Assembly (NCBI GenBank): GCA_039586365.1
Contig: JBDHKN010000109.1
Span: 1-28,975 of the forward strand
Reading direction: 5' to 3'
From: Gemmatimonadota bacterium
GTDB lineage: Bacteria; Gemmatimonadota; Gemmatimonadetes; Gemmatimonadales; GWC2-71-9
DNA length: 28,975 nt
The translations under genes were made by a program, and so were the position numbers. The notes under the pieces were generated by a model. It did not search any database. It saw nothing but the letters and a program-made list of their open reading frames with translations, and had not been told where the DNA came from. Positions within the stretch are counted from its first letter, which is position 1, and the number at the start of each line of letters is the position of its first letter. Positions 9,864-18,710 of this stretch are shown in pieces.

Positions 9864-9937
9864 TGGAGTACCGATTCTCTCGGAGCCTCTACAGGCTGTT
9901 GCTTTGGCTCTACCCGACCGCGTTTCGAGACAGGTAC
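9863..9937 (+). pseudogene. N-terminal stub of a PadR-associated (ADOP-type) permease/membrane protein
   Basis: TGATG coupling to the padR stop; [25 protein letters not shown] matches the 'YRxLLxLYPxxFRxxY' N-terminus typical of PadR-linked permeases. Similarity stops at the uppP junction. Confidence 0.65.
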
Positions 9938-10059
9938 ACTCCCGGCATGGCCAAGCCGAACATTGCCTGGGTCACGACCATTTGTCCGGAACTCGACACC
10001 GGCAGGAACTCGGTCAATCCCTGGACGACGCCGAGTACCAGGCCTTGCAGCCACGTCAT
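9910..10059 (-). pseudogene. uppP: N-terminal fragment of undecaprenyl-diphosphate phosphatase
   Basis: ATGA-coupled to the bshA stop. Manual translation [41 protein letters not shown](YLSRNAVG*) contains the BacA motif [14 protein letters not shown] with H changed to Q. 49 aa, absent from the ORF track. Confidence 0.92.
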
Positions 10060-11186
10060 CCTCGCACCACGCGCTCGTAGAGGGCCTCGTACTGCGGCAC
10101 AACCAGCTCAGTGGCAAACTCCCTGGCACGGGCGACTGCGGCAGTCCTGGTGGCGGCGTAACGCGCCTCATCGCGAAGCAGCTCCACCGCTCTGGCAGCC
10201 ATGCCATCTACGTCACCCAGTGGCATCAACGCACCAGTCACACCATCCACCACGACCTCGGGCAGGCCACCAACCTTGCTGGCCACCACAGGTACGCCGC
10301 AGGCCATGGCCTCGAGGGCGCTCAACCCAAACGACTCGGATCTGCTGGGCAGCAAGTAGAGATCGGCAGCCCGCAAGAGATCGGCCACGGCATCGACTTT
10401 TCCCAGGAAACGCACCCGATCAGCCACCCCCAAGCGCACCGCCTCTGCCTCAGCTTCTGGCCGTTGCGGTCCGTCACCGGCCAGGACCAACACTGCAGGG
10501 ATCTCCCGCTGGACCAGCTCGAATATCCGCACCACGTCGGGGACCCGCTTGACCTCACGGAAATTAGAGATGTGGGTAAGCACCTTGGAACCCGGAGGAG
10601 CAAAAGAGCCGAAACAATCCGATCTGGCTTCGCACGGATAGTATTCCGCCGGACTCACGAAGTTGGGAATGACTTCGATGCCGCACCCGACGCAACCGAA
10701 CTCCAGGTACGTCGCATCGCGGAGGTACTCCGAGACCGCGGTCACGGCGTCGGACCGTTCGATAGCGAACTTGACGACGGTGAAAAACGATTTCTCCAGC
10801 CCGACCAGCGTGATATCGGTGCCGTGTAGCGTCGTCACGACTTTGATGTCGTGGTCTTCCTCCAGCATCTGTTTGGCCAAGAAAGCAGCAGGGGCGTGCG
10901 GAATGGCGTAGTGCACGTGGAGAATGTCGAGCTGTTCCCGCAGCGCCACTTCGTGTTGCTTGACGGCCAGGGCCAGCGAGTAGGGGAAGTACTCCAGTAG
11001 TGGATATGCTCCACTCAGATCCACTTCGTGGTAAGAGACGTGCTGGTCGAATCCCCGCAGTCGGAAAGGCGATGCGTAGGAAATGATGTGAACCTCATGA
11101 CCCCGACGTCCCAGCTCCAGAGCCAGTTCGGTGGCGACAGCTCCCGAGCCTCCGTAGGTGGGATAGCAGGTGAGCCCAATGCGCAT
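10056..11186 (-). CDS. bshA: N-acetyl-alpha-D-glucosaminyl L-malate synthase (GT4)
   Basis: [58 protein letters not shown] coupling to miaA. Confidence 0.93.
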   Translation of the reverse strand: MRIGLTCYPTYGGSGAVATELALELGRRGHEVHIISYASPFRLRGFDQHVSYHEVDLSGAYPLLEYFPYSLALAVKQHEVALREQLDILHVHYAIPHAPAAFLAKQMLEEDHDIKVVTTLHGTDITLVGLEKSFFTVVKFAIERSDAVTAVSEYLRDATYLEFGCVGCGIEVIPNFVSPAEYYPCEARSDCFGSFAPPGSKVLTHISNFREVKRVPDVVRIFELVQREIPAVLVLAGDGPQRPEAEAEAVRLGVADRVRFLGKVDAVADLLRAADLYLLPSRSESFGLSALEAMACGVPVVASKVGGLPEVVVDGVTGALMPLGDVDGMAARAVELLRDEARYAATRTAAVARAREFATELVVPQYEALYERVVRG

Positions 11187-12109
11187 CAGCCATCTCGTCC
11201 TTTCCAAAGGTGAAACAATCGCTCAGCCAGCAGGTTGGGGCGCTCGGTCGCATCCAACGTCACCACGGGTGCATCGCCCAGCTGGTGCCGGAACCAAGTC
11301 TCTTGCCGCTTGGCATATCTCCTCGTGCTCTGCACTATCGCTTCCGCTAGCTGCTCGGGCGACAACTGCCCCCGCAGATACTGAATGACTTCACGGTACC
11401 CAACTCCATCCAAGCCCCGTGCGTCGGCGGGCACTCCTTCCGCCAGCACCGCTTCCACTTCGGCCACCAAACCTGCGGCGAGCATGTCGGCAGCTCTCTG
11501 CTTGATTCGCGCGTGGAGCACCGGCCGGGGAACCGTCAGTTGGACATACCACGGCCGCATGACACCTTCAACCTTGGCCCGACTCTGCCACCACGATAGA
11601 GGTCTACCCGTGAGCAACGCGACTTCGATCGTTCTAGCCGCCCGCTGTCTGCCACCTCCGGAGTAGCATGTGTCGAGGCGCTTTGCCCAGCGTCCGAGAC
11701 CTGCCGCAGTGCGCGCCCACTGACGCAACCGCTCACGTCTGGCGGAGTCCATGGGTGGCTCGCGGAACAGGCCGTCAGCCAGCGCACGAATGTAGAAACC
11801 GGTGCCCCCAACCACCCAGGGTTGGGTCCCGGCAGGCACAGCACCCAGCCAACCCACTGCCTCAGCAGCGAACCGGCCGGCACTGTAACGATCCCCAGGA
11901 TCCACTATGTCGATGCCCATATGTGGCACCACAGACTGCTGCTCCACGGTCGGTTTCGCGGTACCGATGTCCAGCCGTCGATAGATCTGTCGTGAATCGG
12001 CCGAGATCACCGTCACGGGTAGGTGCCGGGCCAGTTCCATGACGACGGCGGTTTTCCCGACCGCGGTCGGGCCCAGGATGACAGGGATCAAGGGCCTAGG
12101 CGCGTCCAA
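11186..12109 (-). CDS. miaA: tRNA dimethylallyltransferase
   Basis: GPTAVGKT, SADSRQIY, DIGTAKP, VGGTGFY, TRRYAKRQETWF. Start likely TTG 12109 with GGAG upstream. Confidence 0.96.
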   Translation of the reverse strand: MDAPRPLIPVILGPTAVGKTAVVMELARHLPVTVISADSRQIYRRLDIGTAKPTVEQQSVVPHMGIDIVDPGDRYSAGRFAAEAVGWLGAVPAGTQPWVVGGTGFYIRALADGLFREPPMDSARRERLRQWARTAAGLGRWAKRLDTCYSGGGRQRAARTIEVALLTGRPLSWWQSRAKVEGVMRPWYVQLTVPRPVLHARIKQRAADMLAAGLVAEVEAVLAEGVPADARGLDGVGYREVIQYLRGQLSPEQLAEAIVQSTRRYAKRQETWFRHQLGDAPVVTLDATERPNLLAERLFHLWKGRDG

Positions 12110-13838
12110 ACCTGCGCTCCAGTTCACTCAGGGGTAGCTGTACGATCGAGGGTCGACCGTGCACGTCGTGGGGGGGCAGTTCACACGCTAACAATCTGTG
12201 CAACAGGTCCCTGACCTCACCATGATCCAGTGTCTGTCCCGCCTTGATGGCGGCACGACAGGCATAGGTCGCGGCAAACCGCTCCAGCCGATTCAACCCC
12301 TCCAGCCGACCATGCGCCAGATCCGCAACCAGCTCTTCGAAGCAGCGTCGGGCGTCGAACCGGGGGTGAGGATTCGGCACGGCATGGATGACGACTGACT
12401 GGCCACCGAATCCCTCTACCTCGAAACCGATGGCATTGAGTTGTTCCTGATTCTGCTCCACGGCCTCGAGTTCGGGTGGTTCCAGATCGACAGTGAGTGG
12501 CAGCAGGAGACGCTGAGCCGCGCCACCCCCCGCTTTGAGTTCCGCCATCGCACGCTCGTAGAGGACCCGCTCGTGAGCCGAATGCTGGTCGACTATGGCA
12601 ATCCCAGCCGGAGTCTCGAACAGGATATAGGTATCGAATACCTGGAGGAATTTACGGCCATAAGCGGCGACCGAAGCTGGCGGGCCGTCGAGAGCAAGAC
12701 CCAACGTACCGTATGTGCCAGCGTCCTCGCGGCGGCCCGGGAAACCGGAGCGCTGGTCTGGCACAGAACCCACGAATTGCCTATCGTCTGTCCCGGCAGC
12801 GTCGCGGTCCAACCCGACCATCCGGACCGCTGCCTCCAGCGGCCGCAACGCGTCGCGCACCGCCTCCTCGACAGCACGCTCGATGAACATCTTGTCGCGA
12901 AACCGGACTTCGAGTTTTGCCGGGTGCACGTTGACGTCGACCCTGTCACCGGGAATCCCAATGGCAAGAAACAGCGTCGGTCGCACGCCGGCAGGAATCG
13001 TGGCGCGGTATCCGTTCTCTGCCGCGCGAATCAAAAAAGGGTCTCGGAACGGCCTGCCGTTGACGAACAGGTGAGCCTTCCGGCCACTCGATTTGGCTTC
13101 AGCCGGCCGCTGCACGAAACCACGAATGGAGATCGGACCGTTGGCGTAGTCGACCGGCAGGAGTTGTGCGGCGAGCTGCCTCCCGAACAGTGCTGCGACC
13201 CGATCGGCGACCGCCGAAACCCTGGGTGCAGTCAGCAAGGTCCTGCTATCACTCACGAGTGAGAAGGAAACGTCCAACCGCGCCAGCGCCAGCACGGTCA
13301 GGGCCTGCACTGCCGCGCGAGTTTCTGACCGCTGAGATTTGAGGAACTTGCGCCGGGCCGGCGTATTGAAGAACAACCTCTTGACCGTCACTGTCGTACC
13401 CTGGTTCCGGGCCACCGGCTCGACTTTCTCGATGCGGCCGCCGCGCGAAACGACCTTCGTCCCTTCGCCGGCCGCCGTGGCTTCCGACGACGCAGCAGCC
13501 GACTCCAGTTCGAGCAGCGACACAGAGGCAACCGAAGGCAGGGCCTCACCGCGAAACCCGTAGGTGGCTACACCGATCAGGTCCGTGGTAGAGGAGATCT
13601 TGCTGGTGGCGTGGCGATCGAGCGCGAGGACCGCGTCTTCCCGGTCCATCCCCACTCCATCGTCCGACACTCGAATGAGCGCACGCCCACCGTCCTCCAA
13701 CTCGACAGCAATGGTATACGATCCAGCATCGAGCGAATTCTCGACCAGTTCCTTCACAACCGAAGCAGGTCGTTCGACTACCTCGCCGGCCGCAATCTGG
13801 TCGGCTACGGTATCGGACAGGACTCTGATCCGGCCCAT
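12096..13838 (-). CDS. mutL: DNA mismatch repair protein MutL
   Basis: Start at ATG 13838 (MGRIRVL; TGATG coupling). IAAGEVVERPASVVKELVENSLDAG, GFRGEAL, DVNVHPAK, DQHSAHERVLYE, QRLLLP, ACRAAIK. Confidence 0.97.
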   Translation of the reverse strand: MGRIRVLSDTVADQIAAGEVVERPASVVKELVENSLDAGSYTIAVELEDGGRALIRVSDDGVGMDREDAVLALDRHATSKISSTTDLIGVATYGFRGEALPSVASVSLLELESAAASSEATAAGEGTKVVSRGGRIEKVEPVARNQGTTVTVKRLFFNTPARRKFLKSQRSETRAAVQALTVLALARLDVSFSLVSDSRTLLTAPRVSAVADRVAALFGRQLAAQLLPVDYANGPISIRGFVQRPAEAKSSGRKAHLFVNGRPFRDPFLIRAAENGYRATIPAGVRPTLFLAIGIPGDRVDVNVHPAKLEVRFRDKMFIERAVEEAVRDALRPLEAAVRMVGLDRDAAGTDDRQFVGSVPDQRSGFPGRREDAGTYGTLGLALDGPPASVAAYGRKFLQVFDTYILFETPAGIAIVDQHSAHERVLYERAMAELKAGGGAAQRLLLPLTVDLEPPELEAVEQNQEQLNAIGFEVEGFGGQSVVIHAVPNPHPRFDARRCFEELVADLAHGRLEGLNRLERFAATYACRAAIKAGQTLDHGEVRDLLHRLLACELPPHDVHGRPSIVQLPLSELERRFGRA

Positions 13839-14486
13839 CAGAGTCCGATGATCTCCGCTGCGCGAAGCCAGCCTTGCTCGTCGCCTCGCTGGGCGAGGAC
13901 CCACTGGCCTTCCACACGGGACACCTCCACAGCACTGCCTTGCTCGAGGGAACGGCGCGCCGGAGCGGTACCATAGGGAGCCCACCGTAACGGTGTATCC
14001 GCGGCACCGACGATAGCGACCGGCCGGGCGTACTCGTGTCGCACGTATGCGCCGAAGCCACCCAGCAGAAGCGCAGCAACGACCAACACCAGCCCAGCAA
14101 GCGAGCGCCGCCAGGAACGCTTCGCCTTGAGTGACGGGAGAGATCCGAGTGAGTCGCCGCGAGATCCTGTCCGTAACCGGAATGAGTTCGAGCGCCTCGC
14201 TCACGTGTCCGTTGCGCGGACTGAGCCGCGCGGCACGCAACCACGCAACTCTGGCCCGAGAGACCTCCCCGAGCTGATACAGGCTGTTGCCCCAATTCTG
14301 CCAGTGACCCGAGAACCAGGGCTCCTGTTCTGCTCGCACTCTGAAGCTGTCTGCAGCAGACCGGAAGGCACCCGCCTCATAAAGGCGTTCGGGAGACTGA
14401 ACCAGCGATTGGCCCAGCGTCCCGGTCATCACGACGAGCACTATTGCCCCAATCAGCACCGGACGCTCGGTGTCAGCCGTACGCAC
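13838..14486 (-). pseudogene. BatE-like TPR + TM + SH3-like region, frameshifted
   Basis: TPR-like segment (NWGNSLYQLG..RARVAWLRAARLSPRN) lies in the mutL frame. The TM and SH3-like tail (LRWAP...LEQGSAVEV..VEGQWVL...GWL) lies in another frame ending at 13838. Shift near 14090. Confidence 0.75.
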
Positions 14487-16123
14487 GTCAGCGCCCGCAG
14501 GACTTCCTCCACTTCACGAGCCAGCTCGGTGGGATCAAGGCCACCTTCCGGCCCATAGTTCGCTTGCCACAGTCGATCGCGCACCCGGGCAGCGTGTGCC
14601 GCCACAGGTGCTTCGACGCCCACAGCACGCAACGCGTCTACCAGCCCTCGCGCATCCCTCGTCTCGGCGTCGGGCACCAGTTCTGCCAGAGCCCCGTGGA
14701 ATTCTCGCTCGAGGTGCTGCAGGGCACTTGGGGTGGCTTTGGCTTCTTCCGTGGCCCGTAGCTGGCGCCGCTCGACCTCCCGAGCGAGTCCCACCAGGGC
14801 CGGCGCCAGCGCAACCACAAGCAGCCAGATCCACAGCGGTATCCGTCGGACCAACCGTGCGACGTCGAAGACTGCCGGAGGGTCGGCGAGCGGAAGTGGC
14901 TGCTGCGGTCGCTCAACCAGGCCGGCCAGGTCTCCTTCAGTGACGACTTCGATAGCTTCGAGCCTGAGCGTTACGTATCGGCGCGCATCCAGATCGAAGT
15001 AGTCGTACGTTGGGGCTTGGATGCTGTGCACTCCAACCGAGTCGGGCACGACCAGGAACCGGAACACCTTGGTGCCGGCCATCTGACCTTCCCGCGGGGC
15101 GATCTCCACCTCGACGTTCTCGGGGTAGACGTTGAGCCCCTCGGGCCAAGCAAGTGTCGGCTCGGGCCACAGGGCCACATTCCCGCGACCCGACAGAGTC
15201 GCGACCACCGTACCGGCATCACCCACCTTCAGCTGTGAGGGGTCAACCTCTACTGTGAATCGCAACTCTGCTGCACCGGTGCCTTGGAACTGTGCAGGTC
15301 GTCCCGCTGAGGGCTGAGGTAGCACTTCGACTTGTGCAGGTTCACTCTGAGGCTCGTGTCTCACTTCACGACTCAGAAACGAGTAGGTGACCGGCAGGCT
15401 GTACGAGACGGTCGCCGGATCGATATGCAGCACGCCCGGACTCAGAGGGAAGACCACTTCATGATAGACGTAGATGTCGTACGTGACACCGCCGACCCGT
15501 CTACTCACCACGACGGCACCGGGAGCGTTCTGCTGATAGATCCAAGCTCCTTGCAGCTGTGGTGGGAGCAGAGTCGGTGGTATCCTGAGCCTGGACCTTA
15601 TAGCCCGCGGGAACCAAGCTAGCACGACGAGGTCCAGTTGCTCGCCGAGGACCACCCTGTCGCGGGTCGTCAGAACTTGAACGCTGACTTCATCTGACGA
15701 CATTGGCGGGGGCGCCCGCCGTTCCACAAACGATCGGATATGAGGTTGCAGAGACACGGAGATCTCCGCTCCGCCTCCGGTTACGGTCAACTCAATCGGG
15801 TCGGTGCTGACTTCCACCTCCGCCTGAATCACGCGTACGGCGCCTATCGTCACCCGACCCGACCTGGTCGCAGCAAGGCGAATGTCTCGCGTCGTGATCC
15901 GTGTGAGTATTCCAACATCGACCGACACATCTGATCGTTCGCTCGTCCCCCGCACTTCCAGCCCATCCAGCGCCGGATCCACGATCCGAATCGGCTCGTT
16001 TCCGGTCGCTCGCACGCTGATAGTCAGAACCACTTCCGTGCCGAACTCCAACTCCCGTCTGTCGACGGTGGCGGTCGCTTGCACCTGCTGCAAGGCAACG
16101 ACGGCGGCGCAGAGCAGTATCAC
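14453..16123 (-). CDS. batD: BatD-family protein (possibly the 5' part of a broken BatD-BatE fusion)
   Basis: Signal peptide, ATATVDRREL, repeated beta-sandwich segments, SGRGNV..WPEP, YDYFDL, TM helix; position after the VWA genes. Confidence 0.8.
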   Translation of the reverse strand: MILLCAAVVALQQVQATATVDRRELEFGTEVVLTISVRATGNEPIRIVDPALDGLEVRGTSERSDVSVDVGILTRITTRDIRLAATRSGRVTIGAVRVIQAEVEVSTDPIELTVTGGGAEISVSLQPHIRSFVERRAPPPMSSDEVSVQVLTTRDRVVLGEQLDLVVLAWFPRAIRSRLRIPPTLLPPQLQGAWIYQQNAPGAVVVSRRVGGVTYDIYVYHEVVFPLSPGVLHIDPATVSYSLPVTYSFLSREVRHEPQSEPAQVEVLPQPSAGRPAQFQGTGAAELRFTVEVDPSQLKVGDAGTVVATLSGRGNVALWPEPTLAWPEGLNVYPENVEVEIAPREGQMAGTKVFRFLVVPDSVGVHSIQAPTYDYFDLDARRYVTLRLEAIEVVTEGDLAGLVERPQQPLPLADPPAVFDVARLVRRIPLWIWLLVVALAPALVGLAREVERRQLRATEEAKATPSALQHLEREFHGALAELVPDAETRDARGLVDALRAVGVEAPVAAHAARVRDRLWQANYGPEGGLDPTELAREVEEVLRALTCVRLTPSVRC

Positions 16124-17730
16124 CAATCTCGTCTCGCGCGAGTTTCCCGTAGCGAGGAGCGATTGCGCAACAACCTCTGGCGGGCCCGCCGCTCCTCTTC
16201 AGCAATCGAGTTGAGAATCTGCTCTGCCTGTGCCACACTCAATCCCTGAGGTGGCAGCGGTTCCTCCGTCTCGTCTGCGCTAGGCGGCGTTCCGGCGGCG
16301 GCGCCACCCTGTTGCGGCATTCTCCGCAACGCCACCTCAAGATTCCATTTTGCGTTCGCATCTCCGGGCCGCAGCAGGAGCGCTTCGCGATAGTGGCTCC
16401 TCGCCGCCTCGAGGTGCTCGATCTGGTTGAGCGAGTCTTGCGCAGCGAGCTGCAACTCGACGAGCCCCAGGTTGTATCTCGCGCGGAACCTGACCGCTGG
16501 ATCCACTGAACCCGCTGCTCGTTCCAGTGCCGTGCGGGCGACACCGGAATCGCCAGCCGTCCAGGCAGCCGTCCCCAGGTTGAACCACACCGTATCACCC
16601 CCCAAGCCGGCAGTGGCCTGCTCTAGGTACAGTATCGCAGCGCGCGCGTAGTCTCCGTCCAGCCACGCCCTGTCGGCCGCGTTGCCTGGCGCCTGTGCCT
16701 GGAGATCCGTCGCCGTAGCCAAGGAAAGCACCACCCCAACGAGCGCCGCAGTACGACGCGTCACAGTGTGCAGCAACAGCACGAGTACGGCTACCAGCAA
16801 GGGAATCCAGGCTCGGGAGACATCCTGAGCTGCCGTCGTAGTTGCCGTAGGAGCCCGCTTGAAGGCCAGCACCATTTCGCGCACCGCACCCGCTTGGTCG
16901 TTCACCTCCGCCGATACGAAGATGCCGCGCGCCGCATCCGCGACGACCGAGAGGATATCGTCGCGGCGTCTAGTAGCTACGATGTTCTCCGCGGGGTCTC
17001 GCTGATAGCCGATCAGTTCACCGGTTTCATCGCGCACCGGGATTCGCGCTGGCTCACGACCACCCTCGGCAACCAGTATCAGGTGCACTCCCATTCGCCG
17101 CAGCTGTTCCGTCTCGGCAATGATATCCGGCAGCGAGTCATGGGCCTCACCATCAGTGAACACGACCAACACACGATCGGCCACTTCGTCGCCCGCCAGC
17201 AGGAGCTCGCGGCCCCGGCGAATCGCGCGCGCCAGTTCACTGCCACCGGCACTGGTGAGATCCGGGTCCAGCGCGTCCACCATCAAGTGCAGCGCACTCC
17301 CATCGATCGTCAGTGGGGACAAGGTGAAGCTCTCGCCCGCAAATGCCACCAGCCCAATCCGGTCCCCTTCCAGATCGTGGATGAGCCTACGTGCCTCACG
17401 TTGTGCTCGCATCAGTCGTGACGGTGCCACGTCTTCAGCGAGCATTGACCGCGAGATGTCTACCGCGAGCACCAGGCTCAAGCCCTTGGTCTCTGTCTCG
17501 ACCACGCGAGTGCCCCAGCGTGGGCCGGCGAGTCCCACCGCCGCGCCCAAGGCGGCCAACCCCAAGAACAGTGAGGCTACCAGGCCATGGCTTGCGGCCG
17601 TCTCAGCCAAGGCGTTGGACCAACGTGCTGCGCGGCGAATTCGGGTGGCACGAGCCCACAACGCGAGGCCGATGGTGGCGAGCGCCACAGCGGGCGCCAT
17701 GAGAAGCAGGTATGCGGAGTCGAACGCCAT
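16120..17730 (-). CDS. VWA domain + TPR protein (BatB-BatC-like fusion)
   Basis: AGPRWG, MIDAS DISRSM, DVAPSRL, FTDGE; TPRs (WFNLGTA, ARYNLG, AKWNLE); C-terminal ..RDW. Confidence 0.85.
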   Translation of the reverse strand: MAFDSAYLLLMAPAVALATIGLALWARATRIRRAARWSNALAETAASHGLVASLFLGLAALGAAVGLAGPRWGTRVVETETKGLSLVLAVDISRSMLAEDVAPSRLMRAQREARRLIHDLEGDRIGLVAFAGESFTLSPLTIDGSALHLMVDALDPDLTSAGGSELARAIRRGRELLLAGDEVADRVLVVFTDGEAHDSLPDIIAETEQLRRMGVHLILVAEGGREPARIPVRDETGELIGYQRDPAENIVATRRRDDILSVVADAARGIFVSAEVNDQAGAVREMVLAFKRAPTATTTAAQDVSRAWIPLLVAVLVLLLHTVTRRTAALVGVVLSLATATDLQAQAPGNAADRAWLDGDYARAAILYLEQATAGLGGDTVWFNLGTAAWTAGDSGVARTALERAAGSVDPAVRFRARYNLGLVELQLAAQDSLNQIEHLEAARSHYREALLLRPGDANAKWNLEVALRRMPQQGGAAAGTPPSADETEEPLPPQGLSVAQAEQILNSIAEEERRARQRLLRNRSSLRETRARRDW

Positions 17731-18710
17731 CAGGGGACCCGCACAATGACGGTAGCGGCCAGCGTGAACTCGAGCACCAGTGCGGCGAACCCCACCAGCA
17801 CCAGCGGCTCGTACGACTCATCGAAATCGGTATGCCGAATGACAGTGACAGGCGTGGTCTCCAGTTGATCTATCTGTCTGAAGATTCGGTTCAGAGCCTC
17901 CGCGTCCGTCGCCCTGAAGTAACGTCCACCCGTGATCCGAGCCACCTCTCGCAGTAGATCTTCGTCTATTTGAACGGGAAGCATCTGGTAGCGGATCTGT
18001 CCCAGCGGACCCCGCCCAATCGGCATGCGTGCTTCCCCGTCCGTTCCCACGCCGACAGTGTACACCTTGATCCCAAGCCTCTCTGCTGCACGAGCGGCCG
18101 TGATCGGATCGACTGTCCCTCTGTTGTTCTCGCCATCGGTGAGCAGCACCATCACCTTGCTCACGCCCGGGGCGTGTCGCAGCCGGTTCGCCGCCGTTGC
18201 AATCGCACTTCCGATGGCTGTGCCGTCTTCCAGTTCCCCCACCCGTATCTGATTGACCGCCTCTTCGAGGACCCGGTAATCCACGGTGATCGGCACTCTG
18301 GTCAAGGCGTCGGCCGCAAATACTACGAGTCCAATCCGGTCAAATTCCCGCCCGTGAATGAAGGCTACTGACTGCTCCTTGGCGACATCGATGCGTCTAT
18401 AGGGCTCAAAGTCTTCCGCCAACATGCTGCTGGATAGATCGACGGCAAGCACAATGGCAATGCCTTCGCTGGTGACTTCGCTCGACCCCGGCCCGAGATG
18501 GGGTCCCGCGGCCGCAAATATCCAGGATCCCAGCGCCAGCGATCTGAGCGCCGCCGGTATCTCTGCGATCCAGCGTCGGCGCGTCACCGCCTGCGACAAC
18601 GAAGCCACATCACTGTACGAACTGACGACCCTCGGTCGCCGCCAGCGCCACCACCACCAGGCTGGCAGTGCGACCAAGCAGAGTAGCACCCAAGGCCGGG
18701 CTACGATCAT
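17730..18710 (-). CDS. batA: BatA-like VWA domain membrane protein
   Basis: N-terminal TM, AVDLSSSMLAEDF, DRIGLVVF, GTAIG, LLTDGENN, TGGRYFRA, C-terminal TM. Confidence 0.88.
   Translation of the reverse strand: MIVARPWVLLCLVALPAWWWWRWRRPRVVSSYSDVASLSQAVTRRRWIAEIPAALRSLALGSWIFAAAGPHLGPGSSEVTSEGIAIVLAVDLSSSMLAEDFEPYRRIDVAKEQSVAFIHGREFDRIGLVVFAADALTRVPITVDYRVLEEAVNQIRVGELEDGTAIGSAIATAANRLRHAPGVSKVMVLLTDGENNRGTVDPITAARAAERLGIKVYTVGVGTDGEARMPIGRGPLGQIRYQMLPVQIDEDLLREVARITGGRYFRATDAEALNRIFRQIDQLETTPVTVIRHTDFDESYEPLVLVGFAALVLEFTLAATVIVRVP

Noticed and set aside
6597..9943. Mobile element or target-site duplication bounding the inserted segment
   Set aside because: No transposase, integrase or terminal inverted repeats seen. 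The shared ACTCCC (6622 and 9938) is short and offset from the left junction.
9860..10829. Plus-strand ORFs 9860-10552 and 9963-10829
   Set aside because: Only the first ~25 codons of the former look like a real remnant; the rest is antisense to the uppP N-terminal piece and bshA.
12096..14486. 796-aa TPR-MutL fusion ORF
   Set aside because: The segment ~14090-13839 in this frame is out-of-frame batE-like sequence; mutL has its own TGATG-coupled ATG at 13838.
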